Source: Tubiluchus corallicola
Taxonomy: Eukaryota; Animalia; Priapulida
Direction: 5' to 3'
Length of the DNA stretch: 64,000 nt
Assembly: GCA_030141605.1 (NCBI GenBank)
Contig: JAQGDQ010000402.1
Location: 1 to 64,000, forward strand
Positions 1-13,100 of the stretch are shown here, piece after piece. Under the pieces are notes generated by a model. The model did no database searches and was not told the origin of the DNA. It worked only from the letters and a program-made list of their open reading frames with translations. The position numbers and the translations under genes were made by a program. The stretch's first letter is position 1, and the number at the start of each line of letters is the position of its first letter.

Positions 1-339
1 TGCATAGTTTTTTTGTCACCTATGCCGCCAATAACAAATTCTAATTTTTCTTTGTATATACTTTTGATTTGATTGAATAAGCTGATTTGAGTGAAAATGA
101 ACTGATTCGACTAGAGCTGAACTGATTTTTGCTGTTTTAATTTGATTAGTACTTTGGTGACTTCTTCCTATCGCGTGTTTCCCACAAGATTCGAAAAATG
201 GCCGATATCCGTCAAATTTATCAAACAATTTCTAAACGAACCAATTAAAGGACTAGTTGTGAGAAGGGTGCAAGTGAAAAAATGCTTTGCATGATAAAAC
301 AATGATAAATCACTGCTCACAACTTAATTAAATGGATAA

Positions 340-645
340 ATCTTATAAGGACAAAGGACAGAGTCAAGGAAGAACCATGGACAAGGAAGATAAAATGCAA
401 AAGACTTAACTGGGTGGGTCATGCTCTGAGATTACTGGAAGACAGTCCACTTGTTAAAGCTTTCCATGAATCAATTCAACGATCAAAGAAGCCAATGGGA
501 GGCAGATTGCACTTGTGGATGGATTTCACACGAAAGACCTCAATGGAACATCTTCAATTATGAAAACTACATCACTGTGGAGAGTAGCAAAATAACGTAC
601 CGCTTGGTGGCAGAATGTGACGGTGCGATGTCATTGGACGATTAA
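340..645 (+). mobile_element. Degenerate RTE-type LINE 3' fragment
   Basis: Plus-strand translation ...KIKCKRLNWVGHALRLLEDSPLVKAFHESIQRSKKPMGGRLHLW matches the RL.W.GH..R C-terminal motif of RTE-clade ORFs. Confidence 0.65.
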
Positions 646-889
646 TACATGACATATAACATTTACACGTATCATTTTAGTATAGTGAATGTAAGTAACC
701 TTGGTGCTTTGGCTTACAAAAATTAAAACATTTTTAGTCTTTAATTAATGTACATACAAATGTAATTTTCACTTGCTAGCACACAAAGTCACTAGGAAAT
801 ATGTAAACAAAACTTGTAAAATGTAGGAATTCACACAAAAAATACATCAAAATTCACTTTTTGCAGATGGACACTTTCTTGGTATGATG

Positions 890-1105
890 CTAGAAGAGTT
901 TACAATGCTGCCCTCTGCTGTGAAGACAGTGACAAGAGACCAGCGTACATCTTGAAATCTTTCTAACAAAGTAAGTTAGTGTAGTGCATGAAAACTTAGT
1001 ATAATTTAGTAAAAAGTAAACAGTAGAAAAAGTTAGAAAAATTTTTTGTTGCACTCTTTCCTGCCATACAGGTCTAGCAAATATACATTCATAATCTTCA
1101 AATTT
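890..1105 (-). CDS. TEP probable terminal exon (end of MG8 plus Cys-rich tail, stop TAG)
   Basis: ttttcag|KFEDYECIFARPVWQERVQQKIFLTFSTVYFLLNYTKFSCTTLTYFVRKISRCTLVSCHCLHSRGQHCKLF*. Phase 0; length and Cys pattern fit the TEP C-terminus, but the sequence is divergent. Confidence 0.6.
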   Translation of the reverse strand, partial: KFEDYECIFARPVWQERVQQKIFLTFSTVYFLLNYTKFSCTTLTYFVRKISRCTLVSCHCLHSRGQHCKLF

Positions 1106-4100
1106 CTGAAAATTTGATACAAGCAGCGAAAAACAAAAATCCATGCAGATAAATCCATTGCTATCAAATCAATTAGCTCATGAATCCAGTGTTAAAAAAA
1201 TTCATTGACAGAAGTTCTCCATACCGGACCATGATACAAATTAATAAGCGTATCATCTTTCATAGTTTCCCAATTTTGCAATCCTGGCAGTTTGCTCCAT
1301 CTCCCTTTATCATTGTCGACGTATGTCTTAAATCCAGAAGGCATGTTTGCCTCAATAAGTACCATAGCACCACTGGTGTTTTTATCTTCCTTCTGATACC
1401 TATGAAAAAATATAAGCAACTTCACAACAGCTGCATGAAGTATTAAACGAACTACATGAACAAACTTGAATTAATATTAGTCTTGTGCACTTCTGCACAC
1501 CCTAACCGGAATCCACTGTTCGATTGTATATGTGGCGTACTCAGAGCCTGGCACATTATCAAAGATACCCAAAGAGTAATGAACCTATTCACGCAGTACT
1601 AGGCTACTTGGGCATGAACCCAATATACAGGTAGGGTTGTCACCACTCCTGATTTGGCCCAGAGTCTCCTGAAATTCAGCCATAACACAGTAATTACACA
1701 GAAATAACATAGTAATTACTGAATTAATGTCCAATCTTTTTATTACATGAAAGGCAAAACATTATCTCAAAATAAGGAGATACTCTAATCCACCTGAAAA
1801 AAGTACATCCCCTGATAAGAGTAACTGATTCAACATCAATGTGATGAATAGCTTAAGATAATTATCACTTACTCTGCACATACGTCTACTGAGAAGATTC
1901 TACTCTCATTAGGCTTTGTAACTCTCAGCTCCAGGTAAAATGCCGGAAGCTCCTCGTACTCTTCTTCCGTTTCCTCTTCTGTCTCTTGCTTCTCCTCTGA
2001 CTTTTCTTCCATCTCTCTTCCTTGTCGGTAGCGCAAAGCCTGTCCCTGGCCATTCATGTCATCGCCTTTACCGCCGCTGCCCCAGCTAGTTTGTTTGATA
2101 CCTTTGTTAACTTCATAGCTGTAGTTAGATTGTGAAATATATTGCCCGAGAAGCTTTAGTTCATTCCAACACCATGTCACCTAAGATACAGAACAAAAGT
2201 ACTGCACATTTTTAGATTTTCTATACAGGCCATATAGACTATACATACTTAATAAGGATAAAATATGAAATGCTAGAAAAGCACTTTTGCTTCAAAAAAT
2301 TTTAAAGTTTATATATGGTTTTCTTTTTCAAAACGTTCTTTTAAATCTAGCCTGTGAAATATTTTCAAACAGCAATATTCTGTTGCTAAAAGTACACGTC
2401 ACTCTTTCCTAGGGAAAATCAATGGGACACTTCAAGTCCATGAGCATGCAGAGAATTTAATTGTTAAAATGAAACAGAAGCTGCACATATTTGTTAATTT
2501 ACTTGACCATGAGTATGTTGCAATTTGAAGGACAAGAAATTTACATTCAATAAATGCTTTTGCAGCTAGAAGTTTTTGGAGGAAAGCTGCAAGCTTCCAC
2601 AGTATTATATGTGGGACAAAACCATGGACACAATTGTCTGTTCTGCATTTGTACAGCTCATTAGACTTCAGATAGCTGAGAATAATATAGCTTCCTCATT
2701 CTCATCCCTCAGAAAACAGTTAGAATGTTATTTAATGTTTCTATTTTTCTGCTTTTTGCCAGTCAAATATGCAAAAATACAAGTTGTGGTGCCCTACTTT
2801 AGTGCAAAGATCAATTTCAGGAAAATGGTCAAATCTGTCATGAATTGTCTTATGCTGAGTAGGTGTTTAATCAGTAAATATGGATTTCCTTTGGAAAAAA
2901 TTAAAACGAGTTGCTTGTAAGAATTTTACATAACATTTCCCTTCTCAAAGCATCACAAATACCATTATTTATGACTACAAATTATCCAAAGCTTGCTCTC
3001 AAACACGCGTCAAGCTTTACATGCAGCAGGCGTAGACACTGCTTTCTAAATTTGAACGATATTAATATCTAGTCATAAAGAAATTGCTTAGAAATCTAAA
3101 GGCATCCAGGTCTATCCATGTCTGCAGGGTCATTCATACCCCTAATAGACAAAAGTTGTGCCTCTCACACCCCTGGTGCCCCTCACTCACCTGAACAACT
3201 GCAATTCCAGTGCCTTCTGCCGTTACTTTAACTTTCTCGCTTGCATGAGGTAGCTAGAATAAAACAACAATAGAATATTCAGTTGAATATAAATTACTAA
3301 GGTAGTTTTGACAGTGTTTAATTACATCACTTGATGAATTGTTTAATACTGACTAATTTGCATCTGGATTGACTTTACTTGAAAAACTCATGAAAAAATC
3401 ACAAACAAGGTGGATTGATCAAGTCAAATCCAACGTGTCTCCATGGATACAGATTTCCATGTAAACAGCTGGTTTCTTATTCACTGATTCATAATTATTG
3501 CGGGAAATGTTTGCAGCTGACACAATGATTTCCAGATACATAAATTAACGCTAGTAATAAAATTCCTCCTGATTACTTGTAAAGAGCATGTTGACTACAT
3601 GTAAAGATGTAAACACTATTAGTTAGCTGCGTCAGACAGTTAGTGATCAGTGAATGAAAAACTTTGTCCACTTATATCTCTTCCTATTCCTGATACTGAT
3701 AGCTTTGTTTACAACAACGTAATTTAGTCGGTCAGCCGATAATCAATTACGTTAAACAACTGCGTAATTCACAACCTGTGTAATTTGCCTGGAATAGAGC
3801 GGTGCAAAATTATCACTTCACAAACAAAACTTTGAAGTTCTATTTGCAAAAAAATGGCTCACACTCTTTTGCAGTTTACAGAAAAATCGCGTGTCTAGAA
3901 GCTTCTAAATTAAACTGTTTCAAGGAAAATTAAAAATATTTTTTTTGAAATATTATTCCTTACATTTAGTACATACCTCGGCTTTCTGGTACTCTAGTTG
4001 GTTATGTTTACGGAGGGTGAAAGCATGTTTCGTTTCCCCAGCTGTAATTATGATTTTCATATCAAGTGGTGCAACAACTCTACGATAAAACTTGACAGCA

Positions 4101-7100
4101 AATTCAGCAAGTGCCTCCATGGCTATTACTGTGTCCTAAGTGTAGTAGATATGTTTATAAAATGCCAAACATACACTGTGAACTGCTAAAAACAACAAAA
4201 ATCAGCAAGACAAGAAAAGTACATCATCAAAATTCTATTCTAAACAATAATATTGTTATGCCTAAAATATACTCCCTGCAATGTAGACAATGCTGGAGTT
4301 TAGGGAAAGTAAACTTACATACCAGTATAGATGCATAAATTAACAATTTTCTATTTACACTCTTTCGTATTATGTGCTATCCAGTCTAACTTTTATAGTT
4401 AATGCACAGATGTAATAGCTGCAGTCTTATATACAATGTACAATGAATTAAACTGAGTGGTTATTATGCTCTCAGTATCTGATCGAAAACTAGTTTACTG
4501 TTGTTGTGGTCTGACGTACTGTGGTTTACTCATGCTAGTATAGAGTTGGCAGAATTCAGACTAGTCAACAGTTAATAGCTAAAGTCAACGATAAAGCTTG
4601 AAGTACAGGCTTGAGCATGACTGTTTTCGTTTATTCCAAACATTTAGGTTGCAATATTTCAAAACTCAAGAACACAATTTGATTTTCCAGTCCAAAACGA
4701 CGTACAATGATAAGGAGTTATGTTTTTGCATGCCAGAAAATCGCAAAATCTCTGCTAGCCTCCTTTGTACAAGTGAGTATGAGAGTGAGTACTCTGATCT
4801 GCCTTCCCTTTTTTTTATAAATCAGTTACTAAGCCTCACTAAAGTAGAAAGTACGTAAAGAAAACTAGGTGAATAACGCTGGTACAATGTTTAGCATAAA
4901 TAAGGAAATATCATGCTTTGGCATATTCCCACAGAAAAGAAACTTGATTGCAAAACTGAGACTCTATAACAATATAGCAAAGCCACATGCCAAATCATCT
5001 ACCATTATTTTTGAAACAGTAAAAGATATTGCATATTCTGTTTAGTTAGTTTAATCGTAAGTATTTTTCTAAATACCCGGAAGGTTTCAAATGTGTTTTT
5101 ATACCGTTATAACTATTAAAGTTTCTTCTTGGGTTATAAAATGTTGGACAGCAGCGCAAAAATATAACAGTCAAGTCAAGTCTCTACAAGCACAATAAAT
5201 GTTATACCTATCATAGCATTAGCTTTCAAAATAAATGGATTTACTATTTAAAGTACATAACATTTCCTATAATTGACTGACTTAAACAAATATATGACTG
5301 CCTATAATTTTTTTAAATCAGGGTTCCCATTCAAAAATGTTTATTTGTGAAAGTGTTTGTGTAAAAAGAATGTGCAGAAATTTACAGATAAATTATTTCC
5401 GACTCTGTGGTTGAGAGGATGGTTATTTAGAAAATGAGAAAGTGAGCCACACACGCATGCACTCACATGCACACACGCATGCACGCATGCACACACGCAC
5501 ACACACACACACACACATCTTGTTGGAAAAAATGAAAATGGCTAAAATTGACTCTTATTATTTTGGACTGAAAAATTACTAAGGCTTTGTTGTGCTGCAA
5601 TTCAAATGTTAAGACTTTTTGCTCCAAATATCAAGAGGTAAGTTGTACCAACAGTTAAATGTTGCAACAATGTGATATTTTTAGATGGAAGAAAGATCTT
5701 ACTTAAGTTGCCCTTACTCAAGAACATAGTGAAAAAAGCGAGATGTCTGTATCACACTTCAAATGAAACGTCAATTGCTACATCGAGTCTCTTATATCAA
5801 TGGAAGGTGCTCCCAAGACTACTTGACACAGGTTCCTAAGTGCAGACAATTTGGTTGCACTACTTATATTCCTGCTGCTCTCCGTAGTCTTATGCTGGAC
5901 ATTCAAAACTGCAGAACAACTGCTCATAAATGCAGTTTTTCCCCTCACCTTCTTATCTGTGGAATTCTCCACCAGAAAACCTGGTTTGTTTTCCTGAAAA
6001 TCACAACTTTCAACGTTTTAAGATGAACATCAGTAAACGCCTTGTATCACTAAACTAGGAAACTAGTTATAGGAATTCTCTTTCTCTGAATTCCTATTTT
6101 CATCTTTCTACAGCTGCCCTTATTTTGAGTACCTTTGACGTTGTCTGGAACATACTTCCTTTGTTAAGGATATAACAAAATATCAACCAATAACTAGATA
6201 CATACCTGAGTGGTCCCAAAACCTCCAAATTCGTTTTGTTTCGACAACAGATATCTCATAATAGGGATGGCATTTTCTAAATCATCAAGCATGACAACAG
6301 TCAACAAAACATAACTGGCTAGTTCAATCTCGCCAGACGTTGCTTTCTTGTGTGGATTTGTCTTCTTTTTACTCCAGTATTTTTGATTTCCTAAACAATA
6401 TATATCATGACTATAAGGCAGATTTAAATTTTGAAATTCACTAGCAGTGATACCGAACCGTATTATAAGCCCAGAAAGAAAACAGTTTTAACAAAAATGC
6501 AGTATTCTTTTCAGCACAATATAACAAACTTAGTACAAAATTTGGCTATAGTTTACAATTCCCGCACACGACAAATCAGTTCGTGAATCGGATTAGGAAT
6601 AGGGTTTGGGTTAGGTTAGGGTTAGGGTATTTAAATTGTGTGGGGAATTGTAAACTCCTTCCAAAACTTTTATTAATGTAGTTGCCGCTTTTACTCCAGC
6701 TTGCATTGTATACTGTGGTCCAGTTTACTGGAAAACCATGACACCTCAAGTGTTTTAGTCTTAATGGTAAACTTTTCTATTACTGTCATTATTTTAAACA
6801 TGAATAAAAACTCTGTTCAGTCGCAATTATTATCATACAACAAAGTGAACATATATAGTTCTCTATGTGTTATCGTTAATAGAAGCTAAGCAACCTTAAT
6901 CCAGGTTATTCACATAAGAACTCATTTAGTTTAAAGAATATTTTTATTTGAACTCAACGACATTAGGACTCAAATACTTATTGGCTAATAGGAAAAATCT
7001 ACATTAAAGCCTTTCTGAAAGAACTCATTTGCATATGTACCATCAAACTTTGCCGTTATATGATTGGCTAACAGGAAAATCTACATTAAACCCTTTCTGA

Positions 7101-10100
7101 AGGAACTCCATTGCATACGTACCATCAAACTTTGCCGTTTTGTTAAGCTTATCCAAAGCATAAAGCACTTTATCATTTCCAACCAGAGAAAAAGCATGTG
7201 CTACAATTGCCAAAGTATAAGAATCGGTAATGCTTTCCACATGAGCGTCCAAATATTCCACTGTGCGATTAATAGCTATGGTAGCCTAAAAACAAATAAC
7301 ATGTTATACTGAAGAGTCCGTGTTTTTCCTTTAGCAGAGTTAAGCAGTTAAACTCAACTTATACATAAGTTCTTCAAGTATAAGAAAACCACTAGCATCA
7401 AGGTAAATCATGGGAACGTGCAATTTAAATTTATCTAAATTAATTAATTACACATTGCTATTTAATTAAGTAATTATAAATTATTTTATTTTTATTTTAT
7501 TTAAGAACATTTATAAAAATACACTTTTATAAAAGAAAATGGCAACAGGCATGTAGCACTTATGCTTGCAATAAAATACAATACAAAATGATTTACAATA
7601 TCTTTAAAATCACAGTTATAAATCAAATACAGGTGTAGTAAAATTTTATAATTAAACAAAAAAACTTAAAAAACTATTAAATTGCTACAAATTTTGCCTT
7701 TTGAACCAAGAATAGTCTACTAAACATGCTACTAAATTTTAACTCAATTGGAAAAACTTTACATCAATACAAAATGAATTAATTAAACAGTTCCAAGTAA
7801 CTAACTAATTAAGGAATTGCTACAAGTTTTTTGCTCAGAACCGAGGACAGCCTAACTAAACGTCAATAATAAATGTTAACTCAAGTGGATAAATACTACT
7901 GGAGAAGAAAGAAATGTGATGAACAAGTGCATGAATCACAGAATTTTTTTCTAGAACCCAAGCTAATGCTTGGTGAAAAAAGGAGAACTTATTATTAACA
8001 TCATTTATTTCGAATATACTTTACATAAGTAATTCATAAAAAAGAAGTGTTAGCAGTTAAGATTATTCACATGATTAGTAATAAAAACAACATAATGATA
8101 GTAAAAAAGAATTAAAGGGCATAGTATTTCTGATAAAATATATAAGCAGTACAATTTCTTTCAAATTATATTTACAAAAATTTAATTTTGCTCAACGTCT
8201 ACTTACAGATGCATTGGAGGCTTCTGTAATTATTCCACATGCCACTTAAGATACTAAACTACGTAAAATGGCGCGTAAGGTTAATTGTCCTTTTTTGGAC
8301 ATGTCACACATCAATGTTAAACGTATGTAGGTAGAACGATAATTTGTCCAGTAACATTAATCACTTGAATTGCTACACTAGATACAGATACCTCTATATG
8401 ATTTACATTGACTATCTGTGTCCATTTAATCAGCATGAAACACTTGTCAACTACATTAAGATGAACCTATTCTTTGCGTTATCTATGTCACCATACCATA
8501 GTCTATGCCACCCAGATACTAAACTGTTGTTTCAAAGGAGTATCATTTATGGCACTGCTAAATTTACCTTTTGCTTTCCATCAATAGACTGGAAGTTTTT
8601 ATAAGATTTCCACAGAGCTATCATCACATAAGCAGCCAGTGATTCCTTGTTGTTCACACTGCCCTAAAATAATACACAAAGATGTGCAATACAACTTAAC
8701 AAGACCATCAATTATAATACAGTAGTTTCAGTAACCTAAATTAATTTCCAAAATATTTGGGAAAAAATTTATAAAAAATTAGTTGCTAAAATACATAAAT
8801 CAGTTACACATGAAACCATGGCACATTATCAATTAAAAGTACATTGAAAATGACAAAAAAAGTGAAAAATCATGAAAACACAAGAAATTTAGTAAAATAA
8901 TGAAAATATTTTAAGTGATGTTCCCCAGTTATGGAATGAAATACTCACTCGTGTATGATTCAGCCAGATTCAGTATCTATGTTTAAACACGCTTCAAAAC
9001 CTTTCTCTGTCATAGCTTTAGCTCTTAGTCACATAAAACCTTTAGTTCTTAGTCACATAATAAAAAATTATCAAACTAATTTAAATTGGACTTGGGTTGT
9101 CTTAGATTGTTATTTGCAGTGCTGCTGCTGATCTGTTAACCTGCATAACCTTAAATTGTATTTGATTATCATGTAAAATGTATTCAAAATATTCAATAAA
9201 TTAAATTAATTATATTAATTACATATAAAAATATATGTTTGCAACACGTTTGTTGTTAGAATTCCACAAGAAGCCTGCAGATTTACATGTTCACATGTCA
9301 CAATGGATTTTAAAAAAATGATATATTAAGTTTAACTGTACTCAACAAGGTGTTAAAAACAAAACTTGTACGAGAGTTGGCAAATATGGCACAGCAAATT
9401 GAACATGAGATATATGGTACATTTTACAAACATTCCACGAAGAAAGTGTTGCCTTAGAAATGCATTAAAATCGATGTAAAGATGCACAAACCCGCATGAA
9501 ACCATAATGCAATCTTCCGAAGTCTTCGTAAGTACCGTCTTCATTCTGCTTCGACACCAACCATTCCATAAAGTTGACAACATAGCTAGCTCTCACTGTA
9601 ATATATTCTGAAGCATCTGAGAACGATTTCATCACATATGCAGTTAGCCTAACAAAACCAAAAGCTATTGCAAAATTTACTTAACAAAATTGTCATTAAC
9701 AAGCTAGGCGATCTGACTGACATTGTTCTAAACTTAAAAAACTATACTTATAAACAGAAAACGAGTAAAAGTCTTGTATCCTTATATTACCCACAAGTTC
9801 TAATGCAACAGGTGTCTAGACAAGTGATTCCCATTAATTAGTAATTAGCTTACAATATGTGATCTTAAATAAATTATTAAAATTATGTAGTATATACTAT
9901 TACCAAAATGTGAGCAAAATGAACCCATTGTTACAGATAGGATATGTAATTATCTTTTCACGGGTGGGTTAAAAATGACTTACCTGTTAACAGAACAGTA
10001 TTTACAGTATTTTACGGCTTAGCAGGATATTTATGATAAACCCTGGGATATTCATTTCCCTTGATGTCTTTGGTTACTTATGATCAGAAGCACTAAATTA

Positions 10101-13100
10101 TGCTATGCTAGTATAAAATAGCATCTACAACTTTTCTTATGTTTTTATAAAAAATGAACATATGATTATTCAGCAAAACAAAAAAATTAACTTATACGTT
10201 AACGGTTTCAACATTACCACAAATTGCTGCCACCTTTTGACCAGATGCCAACTGATCCATCACGTCTTATAAATTTCAATTCCTTACAATAACCTGTAAA
10301 ACAATGCTAATTGCAAAACAAAATCATGTAAAACAAAGATCATGTAATATAAACAACGAATCAAGTTTAATTTTTTAATGGCACGAACACGACAATTAAT
10401 TTAAAAATCCCGCAAATAAGAAATGAGGAAAAAAGACACTGTTTCAAACCAGTGGTCTACCGCTGTAGTTTATCTTCAGGTGAAAGAAAAAAAGATCGCA
10501 TAAAATAACTGCTACTAACACTTCGTGATGTTTTTATATTATTAACAAATAAACACATCGCACTGGAAAAAATACAGATATTCACCAAATATAAAAAACG
10601 TAAGTCTCCACTATGTCTACCTTTAAATTCTGTGACTGTGGCCAGTGATTTTAAATTCTGTGCCTCTGTGTTTTTTCTACATGATTGTATCCTTTTTAGT
10701 GAGATCTGAAACACATTTCTTATGCCGTTTTTATGGGTTAATAATTTAAAAAAACTCGTACAAAAAATTAGTGCTAGTTATTTAATGTGATCTCTTATCC
10801 TTTCGTTCACCTGAAGCTAAACTACAATAGTAGACTATTAACTTAAAACATCGTACTTCATTTGTAAATTGTGGGATTGTTTTAAACTGAGGGATTTTGG
10901 TGCTGCCTGGCTGATGAATGTGATTAAAATTTAATGTTAAATGGATGAGCTGACTGCACCTTAGGAAAATTTTGTCTAAACACTCATACTGGTTATTATA
11001 GAAACAGGCTATACGCTAACAAATTTGCACTTTGCACTTTCAGTCAGGTAGTGTGTAAGTTGCAAACAGATCTCTGACATGATGCAGAAGCAGACTTTAG
11101 CATTTGGCAGTCTGTTGAGAGACAAAAGCATAAATATTATAATAATTTTACACTTCTAACGGGACTTTTACATAGACTAACACAGTCAGGTAGTGTGTAA
11201 GTTGCAAACAGATCTCTGACATGATACAGATGCAGACTTTAGCATTTGCACAAACAAAACAAAAATATAATAATTTTACACTTCTAATGGGACTTTTACA
11301 TAGACTAACACAGTCAGGTAGTGTAACTTGCAAACAGATCTCTGACATGAAACAGATGCAAACTTTAGTATTTGGCAGTCTGTTGAGAGACAAAAGCATA
11401 AATATTATAATAATTTTACACTTCTAATGGGACTTTTACATAGACTAACACAAGTAGAGTTTTAGTGGCTCGAAATAGGTAAAAGCATTGTTGTTAAAGC
11501 AAAAAAGGCTTTAAGCAGGTCAAAAATTGTCGTGAAATTGAAGCATGTATCAATAAGTGAAATAAAAGCTGTCAACTGCTTAGCGTCGTTAAGACAAAAC
11601 GTTGCTAAATGAGAGCCATCAAGCTGGAACTTGGTGTTGTTAAATATTTCAACCTTTTCGTATAATAGTTATAGCTGCTTTTCTTTTCCTGCTCTGTACT
11701 AGTCCAGTTCTCTCCAAAAAATAAAGGATATGTATATTTGTTGCAAGACACAGCATGACCTGCTCTCCGCATTTCATTGCATTTAAATATATTTTCTTGC
11801 TCAACTGTGCGCTAGCCGATCCCATAAGATTACCTGTAAAATTGATTCAGCATATCAAAAATGTATGATATGACACAAATATACAGATATAATTTTATCA
11901 GTTGTATCATGACAACTTTACTAAAATAAATTAAAGTTTAGATATATTAATTTTTTTAAATATCATTAAAAACTGTAAAACTGCAATTTGCCTTTGCTTT
12001 AACAAATGCAGTCTTTGCTAAAAACAAATTTTGTGCTTTCAAGCATACTGTGGAAGTTTAAACACAGAACTAAATCAGTCTCTTCCAGATTTATTGTCAG
12101 AACTGCTCAACAACACATTAAATGCTTTAAAAACACAGTTTTTTGGTTCATTTAGGTAGCACAAAAGAATCAACACAATATCATGAAATGGCAGTTTGAC
12201 TTGTCCAATATGTGGATTCTCTGCAAAAATCCTGGTCTGAATCTCTCACAAATTCTATAAGCGGCAATCTATTGTATGTCATCCTGTAGCACCCTTACAA
12301 GTGTCTTATTTTCCTAGAAAGACTTCAAGTATTGCAGACTAAGTCCGGGTTTTCGATAAAAAGCTGCATTGCATTATGGTAACATAATGAAACTACTAAC
12401 CTAAGTTACAATCAACTCACCTACAACTCCTACTTGAACACCACACACTATGGCAGTTTTTGGATATTTATACTCAACCCAGCGAGACTCGACGTCTTTG
12501 TTTCCCTTTTCAAATAGTATATTCACTGTGTGGTGTCGCGTTAAACCTATCTCCTGATAAAGAAAAAAATACAAAATCCTTGTTTTGAAAGAGATCAGTC
12601 ATCCATATACTGATCAGATTTGATATTTTCCAGTTTCGGTCACCCTTTAGACTATTCTTGAAAGATAGCTAAAGTAAGGTACTTCTCAGAAAGTGTTTTA
12701 ATGGTAAGAATGAAGTACAACTTTATATTGTTTTAAATATAATTATTAGTGTCAACAAAAAATAAGTCATTACCAAATCTACGTGATGTTACAATAAAAG
12801 TGGACTTTTCTTTGCATACAAAACAATATTTACTGAGCAATCGTGGCTAAAAGATTGACTTCTTTGTATTTATTTCTTTGTTTGTTGTTCATTCATTCAT
12901 TCAGTCTTTTGTTCATTCCATACGTATGTACAAAACAAAATTATACAGATGCACAAAGAACAAATGTACATTAAAACAAAGAATATAGGAACCTAACTAC
13001 AACAACTATAGCTTTGAATGATTGGAACAAGTCCTGTCTCTCAAAAAAATGCAGGGACCCAGATTATAATGCCCGAGAAAAGAATGCATGACCAACAGCA

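Noticed and set aside
16-231. In-phase open exon candidate (KLFDKFDGYRPFF...) as TEP terminal exon
   Set aside because: No MG8-like pattern or Cys cluster; the exon at 890-1105 fits better.
11041-11451. Regular repeats resembling a CRISPR array (also 26650-26790 and 58302-58490)
   Set aside because: Contiguous tandem units without unique spacers, in a eukaryotic intron with no cas genes.
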